From Tubulanus polymorphus (Eukaryota > Animalia > Nemertea), in the NCBI RefSeq assembly GCF_964204645.1, contig NC_134025.1, positions 21,804,299 to 21,868,298 of the forward strand: DNA of 64,000 bases. The letters run 5' to 3'. Positions 28,101 to 43,100 of this stretch are shown in pieces; the first letter of the stretch is position 1, and every line of letters begins with the position of its first letter. The notes under the pieces were generated by a model, which worked only from the letters and a program-made list of their open reading frames with translations, searched no databases and was not told the origin of the DNA. The position numbers and the translations under genes were made by a program.

Positions 28101-31100
28101 CCAGGCGATTGTCACGCTGTTATTCTCGGCGCTGCACTCTTCGGGGATAATCATCGGAGCACCGGGAGCTGAAACGAGACAGAACGGCACCTTGTTAGCG
28201 GAGTGAACGTCATGAACGTCGTCGCGTTGTCGCCATAATACCGAAATCTCATTAGCGAACCGCGGTTTCGTTTCCGGTTGCCAAACGACGCCTGAATGCG
28301 GATTAACACTTGTTGGTGTCGCGTGCGCTCAATCGGCGAGCATCTCGCTTTTCAAAAACGACAGACAGACATGACAACAATCGACAAAGACGCTCATAAA
28401 AAATCGTGCCGGATATTCACACCAGTAGGTGTGCAGAAAGCTGGTTTACCGAATTTCATTTATGTTTCCCCCCCCCCCCCGATCTTTTTGTCTACAACTC
28501 CTCAACATTACTAATGCTCAGGGCCCAATTTCACGAAAAAGTGTTTAGTTTGAATTGTTGTCCTCATTGAAGATATGTAGTAACCAATAGCGATTACACC
28601 AAATTTTGAGTTTGAATTTGTGAAACTGGGCCCAGGAGATAAACACGTTAGCTATTCTGTGTAACAAAACACACAAAGCCTTCCGATTAGAAGTATTCAA
28701 ACTTTTTCGACTAATCAGTATTTTCACACACAAATAATGCCGTCAGATTTAATCGAATCCAGATTTATACATCTCGAATTCTTCGATTATTTACGGTCTA
28801 ATCCGTTTAATCCGCATCTGCTCAATCCGGATTTTGGTCCTATCCGGACAATATTTGCATTCCATCTGTTCATCAATATACAGGAAAATGACTCTCGATA
28901 CGGATTTCCCGCAAACCGGAGGAATTTTGTTGGTACCAAATGATCCGATTAAAGCGGATTCTACTGTATTTCAGAAAACGGTGGTATTTTTTCAAAACAT
29001 TTTTCACTTATTCGAACATTTCTCGGTATAATATTTCCAGACTGCGCGAAATAAGTACGGATCAATAATTAACGAGTCTGACGCGTACATGATATACGAT
29101 TGTAATAAGGGTTGGGCGAAACTTTAAGTGCAAAATCGATCATTATTACATATAGAACTAATATAATTTCAGGAAATAATCGATAGCGTTGCAGTCTTAG
29201 GTATGTCGGTGGTGTTCGTGATCTGGGTGATCGCATTCAGTCAAACCGAGCGCTATATTAACACCCTGGCACGCATTGTTGAGAGATCCAATACTATCGT
29301 AATTCACTTATCAACTTATGAGATAATTTACTTATAAGTCAAGAGAAGATACACAATATCCGTGTAGGATGGATATACGATCGAAATTCGTCAATAATTC
29401 AGCCAAAGATGAAAAATTCTTAAAGTGTATAGATATATCTAAGCAGGCCCGTGTCAAGGGAGGGGTTTGGGGGTAGCGAATGAACCCCTTGAAATTTTCA
29501 AAGTACCCTTCAGAAAGTCAGTGTAAAAAAATTTTGGTGAAGATTTCTCGCAAAATTTGGATATAATTTTCATCCTCGCCTGCCATGAGTGGAATCCTTG
29601 ATTGCCAGAGCAGCATTGGCAGTTCCCCGTTGGGAGTTCGAGCTGGAAAACTGGAGCAAGAGGAGTCATTTCCAGTTTGATTAAATTCAACCAAGAATAG
29701 TCAATGTTACTGTATAGTCAATCATAGCTATTCGCATTCAAAATTGATTAATGCTGAAGCCATAGTTCCGACATACATCTATCTGAGGTGTATATTAAAT
29801 TTCATCTATATCATCAATTATTTAACTGCACAATCAAATATTTACTTCTAAGACCTTCATGCAATAATCATTTCAGGTTCACGTAGGTTCTTCGTAAAAT
29901 GAATTACATTTCACTTCCAATAAAACCCCTTTTTTATCTTGAAATTGGGATTGACACGGTAGATTTCGTTTGATTTGTTATGTTTTGGTGTCCCCTTACA
30001 AAATCACCAACTGCCAGGAGCGAAACAGGGGATTTAATATTGAAATCAGAAAACGAAGTACAGATAGTGTGATCGGTGGTCAAATATAGAGAATTTTTTT
30101 GTTTAAATCCTGAGTACTCAATTGGAAATTTCTAACAATAACACAGTGGATATACATAGCCGAAATGTGGAATGGTAAATTGTGCTTGGAAAATGCGATT
30201 ATTTTGACGTCAGATACTACTCTCTCACGGTATCAATTCATCTCATGATATTACCCCCAACTGTTACTCGCCATAAAACCATATCAAAACACGAAAACAC
30301 GCAAACACCCTTTTCATTTTTATACAGAAAATAATCAGCTTTTCATATCTGTCATTTCGTCATTTTTTCCCCCATTGAATATCAGTCAGGGGATGAAAGG
30401 TATTTCATAAGTAGGAAAAATACGCGTCAGAATATTCATCTTCAAAAGAATATTACATATACTAGCCGCCATTTTGTTATTATGAAGTTGTCAAGAAAAT
30501 GTTTGATTACAGTTTAGAGAAAATTCAGCGACTAATATCCGCCTGTGCCATACACGTATCAAGTGGGACAGTAGTCAACAACAGACAAGAGTAACACTTC
30601 GGCAAATGAGCACCAATTCAATGAAAAAATTCGTTTTTATTTGTGTGGGCGCGTAATCGCGATCTCCGTTCCTATCAATAAGTGGACAGCCGCGGCATTT
30701 CAGCAGTCGTGAAGAGTTATTTCATAAATATTTGAAGGAGGTTTTGGCGCCAGACCGACTACGGTTTAACAAATACTTGATAAGCCATTACCGTGTTGTA
30801 ATACGCTGCCATCACAGCGTCTGTTGTCCGTCGGTGAAGTTGAATCCGAGACCGGGTACAATTAGCCGCGATCGCACAAGCATTTTAGGCCCGGAACAAC
30901 TGTTCACACGGGTACCAAACGGAACCGTGGCTGGTTTGCCTGTTCGCACCAGGCCTGGGCCAAATTTTAGCATGGGTGAAATCATTGCATATGAATTGCA
31001 ACTGGTTCCAGGAAGTGACTCACTTTGCTTTTTTTAAGCATTGTTTAGCATCGAGTGCGTGGTTTACATGCGACAGGCTTGGGCCAAATTCGTGATCAGG

Positions 31101-34100
31101 AATTTGTGGTGCTGAAATAGCCGCTGCGCCCGACAACACGAAGCAAAGCCTGTGGACATGACAACTAGAAATGATTGCAGATTATCGAGCCCCCTGGGTA
31201 TAGTTCTCCAAACATACACACACACAAGGTTATCAGGTCTCATAAACATATCTTATTTGCTGTACATGACTTGCTACCTTTATGGAAGCTACGGAGTCGG
31301 TAAATATCAACATGACAGCCATAATCAAATTTTTTTCATTGTCTACAATTGAGTCACCGAATAAAAAAGGCATATTTGCTTAGACTAGATTCTTGACAAC
31401 ACCGTACGACAAATGCTATTAGAAGAGAGTGGAACCAAGGGAGTGCTTTCACACAAAAATTAGAAGGCTTTAAAAAAATTTACCGAGTTCTTTCCCCGAG
31501 TCAACTATATTTAAGTAAAGGAATCCGCCATATCTACGTAGCATAATGTCTATTATGAACGAAGCTCATTTGTTCCAGCTTCGTAACGGTGACCCTCGGG
31601 CTAGACATTTTTTTACCGATCGGCACTTTCCCTATTAAGCTCATTGAGTCATCAAACGGCGTAATCCCAGAAGACGCGCGCGAGAGAGAGCAGTTTTATC
31701 GGCTCAGTCATAAACTCCCGGCTCGATCAAAAATCACAACATGAACGAGACGCGCGAATTGGTCGTCAACCGACAACGGCTTGATGCGGAATTAATTCGA
31801 TTTCGTTTTTTCATTCCATCGAATTAAGTATCGCTGGCTTTTTGACGCTGTTAAAACCATTACAATCATCTTTATATACGTTGATAACTACTATGCGTTA
31901 TTTAAGGGGTTCTGTTTGAGCCTTTTGCTCAACATCGTTGACATTGAAAATATAGCATAAAACTACATGATAATAAGGGATCGATTTTGGATTTGAATAT
32001 ATCGATTATTGAATTGAATTGAATCATCTCTAGCTCTGACATATTGATAACATAGTGCACATGATGTAGTGTGCATCCTCTCACATACAGTTATCAAAAT
32101 GTATCAAAAATAAAACAAGAGTAATCCAATTACGAAATAAACCCCAAATTCGCAATTCAAATTGTTTTTTTAAACGCCAATATTGATGACGTAGTGCATA
32201 TCAACGCACACAGAACCCCATCCTTGCTTGCCAGGGTTTGATTGGCGACCGCTAGAGCTCACGCCAATACAAACCCTGGCCGCAAACCGTTGGTCTATTA
32301 CATCGCCCATGATTTCTTGGGCGGACAGGTTCCCGCTCAGCGGCCACCAGTCTATATATCTAGCCAATCAGATGCGTTTATACCGGCACGATATTTGTTC
32401 TATAAAAACCACGCATCTGATTGGCTAGATATATATAGACTTGTGCCCGCTGAGCAGGAATCTGTCCGTCTCAGAAATTGTGGGCGATGAAATAGACCGA
32501 TGAAGGGTTTGCGGCCAGGGTTTGTATTGGCGCGAGCTCAAACCCTGGCAAGCAAGGAGGACAGAACCCCTTGAATAACGCATACTAGGTATCAATGTAT
32601 ATAAACATTATTGCAACAGTTTTTATGGCGTCAAAAAAATTCCACTTATACTGGCCTTGAAATCGCCTTATATAAGCAGAGTCATTTCGAGGGATAACAA
32701 CATCAAAGAATACAATTACGAAACTTTAGCGTAAATCATTACTGACCCGTAGAACGCCGGGAGACATACGAAATTTACGATCTATTTCGCAACAACAACA
32801 ACATGAAAGACTGCAAGTATCTGCGGTAAAAACGAGCATCGAAATAAATCTCTCATAAGCGGTGACAGGAACAGTGATATAATTACATACTCAGCGCGCT
32901 GAAGTGTCGGACGCAACAGCGCACTAATTACGCAATTGTTTACGATTAGTCATCCGCGCGTGCGAACGGGACAAAATCGTGTCCTCGGCACCCCCTCTTG
33001 TTGCGCGATCAAATTGAGACGTATCGACTTTCTGCCAGCGATACCCCAACAACCAGTAATTCGCCGCTAAAAGGCCACCGAGGAAAAAGACGTAACCAGC
33101 ATGACTCGGCATTAAATCGAGTTAGGAAACCGCCGATAATGCGAAAAGATATTGCTCATCGCGTAGGCCGTTCTCAAACTCACAAGAGTGAATATAGATG
33201 GGGATCTATTATTCTTAATACATTTTCATCTCGCGTTATAAAACTGAATGGCTAACTTATACGGTAAACCTTTGCTTGAGCTGCCAAAAGAAGTCCGCAA
33301 TATTCTAACATGGACTTCAGAGTCCATGATTCTAAGATGCATATCTTTTAGTGATGTAGGGACCAAATGTTGGGTTCTTTTAGGATACTATAGTTTTCTT
33401 GCAAAAGATCAGAAGCCAGGACCCAGTTCGTGACTCGTTAAGTTTGACTGTGGACTCTAGTTAAAATCATAGTTCATATCCAGTGTTTTAACCAAAACGT
33501 GAAATCTGATTGAGAAATTTTCGAACACAGTTGTGAGAGAAAGACGCTTCACTGAAGAGGGTCATCGAATCATTGGTAAGAACTGATCCTACTCAACTAA
33601 ATCTAAGCCAAACTAAGCCACTTAGTGTCAAGAACAGCGTCTTGGTCTTGGTGCCAGGTAGTGCTTGAGACTTGCCATGCGTGAAGACGGAAGCTAATTG
33701 AGCAGGGTAAGGATTTACAAACTTCAAGGGTAGGCTATCAATACGGCATGGTAATGTTGAAAAAAAACGTGGCTACATTCAATACCTCTAAAGAATTCCA
33801 TGTGATGAATTTCGAAAAATCCATCTAATAATAATAATACTAATAATAATAATATGTGTCTTTTATAGAGCTAAATCTAAACACCTAAACAAAATCAACT
33901 TTGTCGGCTTTAACAGCCAAAATGTTGTGGTTCATTTTCAATAAATCTTTGAAATTTCATCACATAAAATTCTATTGCGGGGCTTTCTTATTCATCGAAG
34001 GTACATTGTAACGAAACACTGTCTCGGATACGAATAGAATCATTTGAGATAGAATATGGGGTAAAATAACTAGTCACGAGTCATGAGTGAAAGAAAGGTA

Positions 34101-37100
34101 AGGGTGTGAAATATATTTTTGATGCCTACGTAAAAGCCCAACAACAACCAAGCAGTCTGCACATGAATTCAAAAGCAAACCATGAAAAATTACTCGACAA
34201 CATACAGTTCCAAACCATTTTAACAAGATATTGCGGGGTTTGGGGTCTCACACCTCCCAGGGGATAGGAACATCGCATTACGATTCTAATCTAACCGTGT
34301 TCAAGTAGCCACGGGAAGTAGGTTTTCCCAAGACGAATAAGGCAAAAATTCGGGCACATTTAAATACAAGAAACGTCGAAAGCCACATGCTTTTTCCGGG
34401 CAGTAAGAACTGCAGCGAACACTGAAAACAACAATGTAAACATGGCGATAAAAACCTTTTGTCGCGGCGCCATTCATGACTTTCAGGAAAGGGCGTATAG
34501 ACGGACCGATATGGCTATGCGCGCGGCGATACAGAGTCCGATATCCCGGCCGAGTGCGGTGACCGTTTAGTTTGCTCACCCTGTCCGTGAAACGTTTTAA
34601 ACGACCTGATAATGAAGAGATGATCACATGCATGTGGTTAGTAACGAAATGAAAAAAAATGTTATTATTCGCTATCATCGATAATCAGCACTAATAACAG
34701 CTCGAGTATCACAAACTATACAATTGCGTATCTAACTAACATAAACATTTATATATTGCACAGTGGAACCTGCACATAAAAAAAATTTCGGATTGATGAT
34801 CAATTGGAAAGACAAAAAATGATGCCCCAAATGGAAGTATGATTACAGAATACAGCCATATCAATCGAAAAAATAATGTTAAGTCTGATGTTTCCTTGAG
34901 CCAGTGGTTTCCCTCAATAGTTTCTATCACTTCTGATCACTTGATTAGTCCCTTTGTTCTGGATTGTATATATACTTCATAATTTCTGTTGTAACTCAAT
35001 ATTTCTGAAGATGACTGTTAGAATATGGTCGAAACGTCGAATAAAATACTAGCTCTAGGAAACATAATTTCTTTGTTATCGTTGTGGGATTCTCTACATA
35101 TCACATAGTGTTTTATCAACGGTTAGGATGTATGATTACTATCGTAAGAGGTTCCATTATAGCATATCATTTTCCTTGCTATAGGATGGTATCAGTTTTT
35201 ACTTAATCCTAGGGTTTAACTCGAACGTCAATAGAGTTAATCCCCTGGCTAAAGTTAAAACTGATCTATTAAACTGGCCGCTGATGTTTGTTGTCTTGAG
35301 GCACCACATGTTCAGCTGCACCTTTTTATCATTCTAGTACTAATGGATCATCAGGTACCCACGATAATGCACTTCATCAAATAGATGACAAAATCAACGA
35401 CATCAATAAACCTTTTTCTATACCAGTATGGTAATCAAGAGGACATATAATCAACATAAGAATGTCTAAGGCTGAAATGAAATGATACCTTGTTTCTCGT
35501 AATTGTCTGTAAACTGTTATGAAATTTGTAATCAGTTCATTTCTATAGCTGCCGGATCTGTTACGGTTAGCTTGATCATGATTTAGAACAAATGCACAGG
35601 GTAGATAGGCATCTGGCCGGGTAAACTTTTAAGCTTAGCAGAAATGAGAAACGAGGTATCAATTTTTTCAGCCAAACATTAATCTATCTCTGATGAGTGT
35701 AGTATGTAACAGAAACATGCACAACTATACAAAAAAAAATGGAAAAGAAAAACAAGTATCTAAAACCGCTCGTTCTGAAATGTGATGGAGAAACTAACAT
35801 TCCGACAAAAGACCAACACTCAAACGCGATTTCGCAAATTCATTGATTCGCTCAATTCACAGTTAATTGCTTATAACGCTGCATCATCGAAATCGAACGG
35901 AAATCTATCGCGAAAACATTTATCTCGCCATTCTATTTCCCCTGACTAAACCAAATGGAAGTGAAATGTGACTCAACGCGTGCATTCAATCTACGACCGT
36001 CATCAACTGATTGAATTTTACGCGGGAGAATCTTCGTAATTAACCGAGCCGTAGATCTCAGATCTCGGTACCTGATGTATGATTCATAATTAATAAGCAA
36101 TTCTTATCCTAATGACCCCCTATTGATACGAAACAAAGGATCAACTCATATGACTATAGCGAAGAGAGGTCACATTGTGTGTGGATTGAATGATTAACTC
36201 TTTCAGTGCGTCGACACCGCGGTGCAGTGTATAAATGGGTGATGGGCTTTTCTAATACACTGCAATGCGGTGTATTGATATAATCAGTTTTTATCTCTAT
36301 TGAAAGATGGCAGCTCCTGTCAAACAGTTAGATATTAGTAACTAACGATACACCGCATCACGCTGTAGACACATTATAGTGGTATGCCCGTTATTCAATA
36401 TACTAAGGTGGAATCTTTGAAAGATTTCATATCATCTCCACCACTTTTGGGAATTAATCAATCAATCGGCACTGAAGGGGTTCATTCATAAAATTGGGCT
36501 TCACACGACGACATCAATGATACAAATTTAAATATACAGGGTTAGTTGGGATACTACGCCCAATCTGAGAAAAAGTGAACAATTCCTTGGCAATCCTATT
36601 ATTTCGATATTCAACACTCCCCGAGTGAACAGAAAACAAGCGGGATATAAGAACTATTTAACTCGTCAGAATGGGCTTCAAGTCTTCGCAACATCACGCT
36701 GAGTAAAAAAACATTTCGCGCAGAAAAAACAGCGTCTGCTTTTCGGATAAAAATTCGCGAATGGGGCTTTTATTATTCGTACATCAATACGCTTAAATCG
36801 ACTTGAGAGGAGATGAAGATGAGATTTCGATATTCATATCGGGAGAGTATATCAGTTACATACAGCCACTAGTTCGACCTAAAAACCACAATAATCCCCC
36901 ATACTCCGAAGTCTTAAGCGCGGACTCGAGTACCTAATCCTTCAGAGACGCGTATTTTATCGATAGGATAATCCAAACACGAGTGTTTTCATAATAGCCG
37001 AGATTTGCTATTAAAAACAACATCATCCCGAAGTTATAGCAAGGCCGCCGAGATATTCTTGCCAATCCTGATCTGAGGTATCGAGTTGATCTAACCGACC

Positions 37101-40100
37101 GAGTAGATACCGAGATGTGTTTGCGTAACAGGTTCTTTAGCAAATGAAGAGTCGCGGTTTATCCTTCCGCATTCTTCTTCGGAATCAAATCGAATCTGAT
37201 CACATCTAAGCCGCGATCACACGAGCGTTTTTGGCCCACGCAAAATCGGGCCTGGAACAACTGTTCACATGGGTGCCAAACGACCCGTGCCATATTAGGC
37301 CCTACCAAAAACATCGAACTGCAGGCCTGAGCCTTATTTTTGCTAGGACATATTATTGCACCTGAATTGCTATTGGTTCTGGAACTGACTCAGCATTGCT
37401 TAGTATCGAGTGAGTGGTTTACATGAGACAGCGCTCTCTAATAAGACACGGTCTAAATTTGGCTCGGATCCGATCCATGCCAATCCGCGGTTCTAGGCTC
37501 TACACTGGTACAAATTCCAGCCCTATACGGTTGACTAGATACATAGCTATTTACGTAGTGGGATAAGCTATGGTATCATCATCATCAAGCTATCAGAAAT
37601 AGTGTCTTTATTGATCAAAGCTTCAGGTAGACAGTTGATCAAGACGAAGATGTATGGTTTCTTCATTGTCCCCAAAGAATTGCCAATGGTTCGCCCAAGC
37701 CCCACAGCTTCTGGCGAAGCCCTCTCGTGTCTCGCAAAGGTAAAATACTATGTTAGGTATTCATGTTAGGAAATGGAAATGTACGATTACATCTTCTGAT
37801 AACTGATGAATATACCGGCTAATTACTGCATCGGCTAATTACAGATAGACAGAGGAGAGTAGAGGTACATTACAGGAAACATTTGCGAGCATGTCCGCGA
37901 GAGAGAAAAGAAACAAAAGAACGGACAGTCCCCACGTAAAAGCGACCTTTCTCTTTCATTCATTCCGGCAGACTCATCTTCTGAAGCGAAATGACAAGCA
38001 AATAATTGATCGAGCTTTCCGTCGAGATCCATAAACATGTCAGGTCTACGCAGCCGAGAACATGTCAGTTGTTCTGAGGAAAAGAATCCCCACAAAAATA
38101 CAATTGTCCAACGCTTGGTTGGGTGGATGGACGCTTTCGGCATCTTCTGTCCAGTAACTGATTTCGAAATCCACTAGCGAGCATGGTGGAATTTAGAATC
38201 AACCTGTAAAGCTCAAGGGGAAATAAAATGATTGGATAATTTCTAGAATCCAATTTCTCTATCCTTTTCTCAGAAAACCCTAAGGACGACGAAGTTATTC
38301 CAAGGTTAAGGAGAGTTGGATCTATATAAGAGGAATAGGATGGTACAAGAGTATATAGAGCAGTAATCATACTTTAATTGACGGTGGCGAGGAAATGTTT
38401 GTAATGCTACTCCTCACCTACAGTTGTCAAATTTGGCAATACATGGCCCGGAATACAGGTAGTATGTCCTAAGGTGGTTAATAGCATTTCTGTACGATTT
38501 TGATTTCGGATTTTAGACATCGTACAAAAAATGCTATTACGTACATGAGTGACATTTCGCATTCTACCAACCCATGCTGTGGCCGGGTATTTGCTAGTAG
38601 AGAATAATTAAGCATTTTCATCATCATTCTGAGATGAGATTTCTTCTAGAAAATAGGTAATACGCCCGATAAATGAGGCATAACCTGTACCTGGGATACC
38701 CATTCACTGGAATAATAATTGACCGACGGCAACAGAAGTACTTGAACCGTCAGTACTAACTAGTTCATTAGTATCGATATTCTCTAGGTAAAAAACAAAC
38801 CAATTACGAGATACACAACTTGAATATTCAATGCACTCGATTAGGGTAAAGCCGTTCTTGACGGTGAGGGTTCAACAATTTATACATGCGCACACTCACT
38901 TCACCGGAGACATACCTGAAAACTGTCGTTTCGACGAAAAACGAACGTATGAGTCATCAATTTGCCGGTGAGAGAGACAGATTTCTGTCTCCGTCGAACT
39001 GTGAACGGAAACCCGACGACTAAGCACGAAATGCTACTCGACGTCTTTTGATATTTCTGGCGCTGCGCATGTTGCATGCACGTAGGTATTCATTAGATCT
39101 TCAGGTAGCAGGTACAGCACGTTTGAAAGACTTCCCCTCGTCGTCATTGTCGTCGTCGTCGAGAGATTTGATCGGATTAAAGCAACAAGATGGAAGAACA
39201 TCGCCAAAGAAAGTTGTCGCGAAATATGACGAGAAAGTCAGCGGAGAGAACCCGTACATTTTCCAGCCCTATTCCCAGACTAACTGGTTTATATGTCCAC
39301 GATTAGCCATACTTGAGGAAAGAACAGGGGCGAAAGGGGCAGACTGATTACCTTGACATGAGCACTAAGAAACGAAGGGCATATATACTGAAAAGGGCAA
39401 ATGTAGCCAAAACAAGGGCCTGGAAAATTTTGAAATTTCAGTGCATTATCATACAATTTCTAGGCACTTGAGGGACATTTAAGAGAATACAAGCTAAATC
39501 CTAGTTGTGGGTGAAAGAAGTGCCCTGAATAATATTGCCATAGTATTTTCAAAAGGGCACTGGTAAAAATTGCGATGGGAGCTCCTTGTGCTTGTCCATC
39601 TGCCCTTGAAGTATGGTGTAACATCTCCCAGTGCTTTTACAGAAAAGCAGCTTTATTATTGGGTCTATTTAATCTGGATTAACATAAAATCTGGATACTA
39701 TTTACAGTCACGCGTACTTAAAATACTCTAATCAGAATTTCCGTCTAATCTCGATTAATCTCCCCAAATCATCTTGCTTAAGATTAAGATTAAGTTTTGT
39801 ATTTTGATACAAAAACAATTGGAAATGTTCCTATGAAGAAAAACCCTTCAGACTGCACCAATAAAAATGTATGTTTTGGACCGTGAGTCCTTTGATTTTG
39901 TTGATTTTCTCTTTGGTAACAGTGCCGGATTTCGTTATACATTTAGATTCGAATACAATCTAGTCAGCATCTGAGAAGTTTTCCGAGAATCACCATCATC
40001 AATAAAAACCTTTGGAGAAAATGTTTTCAACACCTGTGGACCGGTAGGTAATTAGAGGTAAAATGCATATCTGTAAAACCGCTACAAAGCAAAACGCTTC

Positions 40101-43100
40101 TATGCGTGAAAATGATCAAGAAAACGATGGTCGAATTTGTCTCGGAGAACGCCTGTCTTAATATATCAAAACGGATCATCAGCCCGGTTGGGTAACTTGT
40201 TAGAAATTAGCCACCAATTACTCATATTATTAGCCAACACCATCTGTCCGAAATGTTGCTTTAAAGACACCTAACCCCAGGTGTAAGCGGCTCGGTCTGG
40301 GAAAAATAAATATACAGGAGACGTGCGTACTTGTATAAGAATAACCGAAGTCAGACAAGCCGGCCCCGAGATAGTGAATCACCCTTTTAATGATTGAGAC
40401 AAGAAGACTGCTACTGAAGTTCAAATAATCCATAAAGACTACACCGGTTATAGTCAGGGGTAAACGATAAACTTCTGGTGGAATAAGCAAACATACTCGA
40501 AGAATCAATGATAGTATTACCAGCAAGGCTGATATAAACGTAGACTGTCAGTGGTGCTTCGATCATTTCGAAAAGAGAGCTGTGTAGAAAAGATGACTAT
40601 TCCTGATAAAGCGAGGAATCATCCAGACAGCAAGGTAGCCGGCAGCCAGTCAGTGCGCTTATGCGTGAAACAGATTTTTACATAAACGAGCTCCGACACA
40701 GCGTGAGATTCGTTCGAGAGGATCTTGAATAAATAATATAGTTGTTATTAGTGTTATCATAGAAAGTAAATGAAATCACAGCAAAGAAATGCCGGATGAA
40801 ATAACAATTTTGCTTACGAAAACAGAGACGAAGACAATAATAATAAGTAAATACCCATACTTGATGATTAAAAGATTTATATTCAGACAGTTTTTCGGAG
40901 TTTATCTTAAGTCCATCATCTTGAGAAACCAAAATCTTTTTTTTTACTTAGTGGTTTTGACTTATTAACTCCGAACACTGAGATAAATATATCAATCTAC
41001 CAGTCAGAGATAAAGACGAATTTTCTAGCGAATGCATGGATGAAGAAGTACTTGAGGGAAAGATGGGCAGAATGGATGATGCAGAGTATCTCCGTTGATC
41101 TCGTCGGCGAGAACAGTTTTCCCACATTTTTATCCGGTGCAAAACTACAACTATCACGAAGATTCGTAGGAAAAATGTTTAGGAAAAAAAAAGAAACGAA
41201 GTGAGTGTTATGAGAATTGAAAAAAGATCTTATCATTTATAGAGGAGAGTGGTGAGAAAGGAAACAGAACGGTCGGTCAAAACTACACATAAGAAACATG
41301 AAAACACAAAACGAGATACGTATATATTTTTTTTTCGAAAGAAAGATATTTAGTGCCTATTACAACATCAATATCAACTACTCACCAACTAATCCATCTG
41401 TAAAAGTGAAAGAACCAAGATTTCATTAGAAATGTCTAAATATTCATAGTATACACCCTACTCCCGGAAAAGAAAGTCATCGAAAAAAGGTGAAAACTAC
41501 TGGAAAATAATTTTCGAACATCAGATTCAGGGTTAAACTGCTAATTCGATTTAATCACCTCATTCATTCAGTTTTAAATTGATTTAGCAATTAATCTTCT
41601 TTGGGCCAAGAGATGGTTTCATAATCTGAAGCCCACAGTTTGTTGTAAATTAGAATTTAACAGAACATAATTACAAGTACCGTTGATCTTATATAATTCC
41701 TTAGAATTACATGTAGTTCATTTCTACTATAGCCCAAGAATCCGAGAACTATATTACAGTAATTGGCTCCAATTTCAACTTTAATTTGGTGGATGGCCTC
41801 GAACTCAGCTAACTAAAAAGTCTTGAGGTATCAAAGTTAACTTATTTCTAGGACTATGGTTGAGGAAGAGTTGCATATGAATCAATAGCCCCAATCAAAC
41901 AAGCATGCCCGTGCCAAATTAGGCCCTGAACAACAGTTCACACGGTTGCTAAACGGGCCCATGCCTGTTTGACCAGACTAGGCCAGAGCCAAATTTTAGC
42001 ATGGGTCATGTAATTGCGTGTGAATTGGAACTGGTTCCGGAAGTGACTCCGGAAGTGCTTTGTTTAAGCATTGTATAGTATCGAGTGAGTGGTTTGCATA
42101 TATATGAATGCGATTTTTAGTTGGGCACGGGCCAAATTTGACTCGGGTCTGATCCGTGCCCATTTGGCCCGATATTGACATCGACTTATAGACGATAAGC
42201 GCCACTCGCGTTTGTTTAGAAGAGAAACCCCCGCAACAAAAAATCAGCGCTGACTCAATTCGTCGGGTCTAATCATCATCGCTGGCAACAATGTCACGGA
42301 TCGACAAATACCGATAAACCGTCGATCAATAATTGAGTAGGAAAAATTGCTCAACCGACAGGCTGCTGATAATAATACTGCTCGAGTAATTCTTTAAAAC
42401 AAAAACGAAAAACAGTCGCTGATTGATGAGTTGAGCCACGTCCTCTTTAGATCTAAACATCGCCATCGTTATCCCGATAACGCCCGTTTACCGATGCCTT
42501 AAAATATGAATTTTTCAGAAATTTTAGCCGCGATCAAATAAGCGTCTTTGGCCATATTTGGCACAGGCCAAATTTGGCCCAACCAAAAACGTCAGACCAG
42601 GTCCGAGCCAAATTTTAGCACGGGACAAATGATTGCGATTGAATTGCAACTGGTACCGGAAATGACTCACTTCACTTTGTTTGAGCATCATTTAACATCG
42701 AGTGTTTTGCGTGTGAACACGCTCTCTAATTAGGCTCGGGCCAAATATGGCTCCAGTCTGATCTGTGCCAATTTGGCCCGTGTGATCGCGGCTTTTCTCT
42801 TCAGCATCATTGCCATTTTTAGATTCAGGGGTTTTACTCCCTGTCGCTTTAAAGAGGAACAGGATTCTGTGGACACGTCACGTTCAGGTCCAGTTTCACG
42901 AGAAAGATTTCAAATTATATCATTTGGGTACACCTCATATTTGGTATATCTATGATATCGAAATTGAATGCGTCATATGCTTAATTTTAGAACTATACCA
43001 TTTGTTGTTTAGTAATTCTCATTTTCTAAAATTGTATGAATCACAGCCATCTTATCTAGATTCAAGTTGATTGGCATTCTACTTATATATGCTCGACGAC

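Noticed and set aside
35690-35722. CTGATGA...GAAACATGC hammerhead-like string
   Set aside because: Weak stem II, no NUH triplet in position and no stem I.
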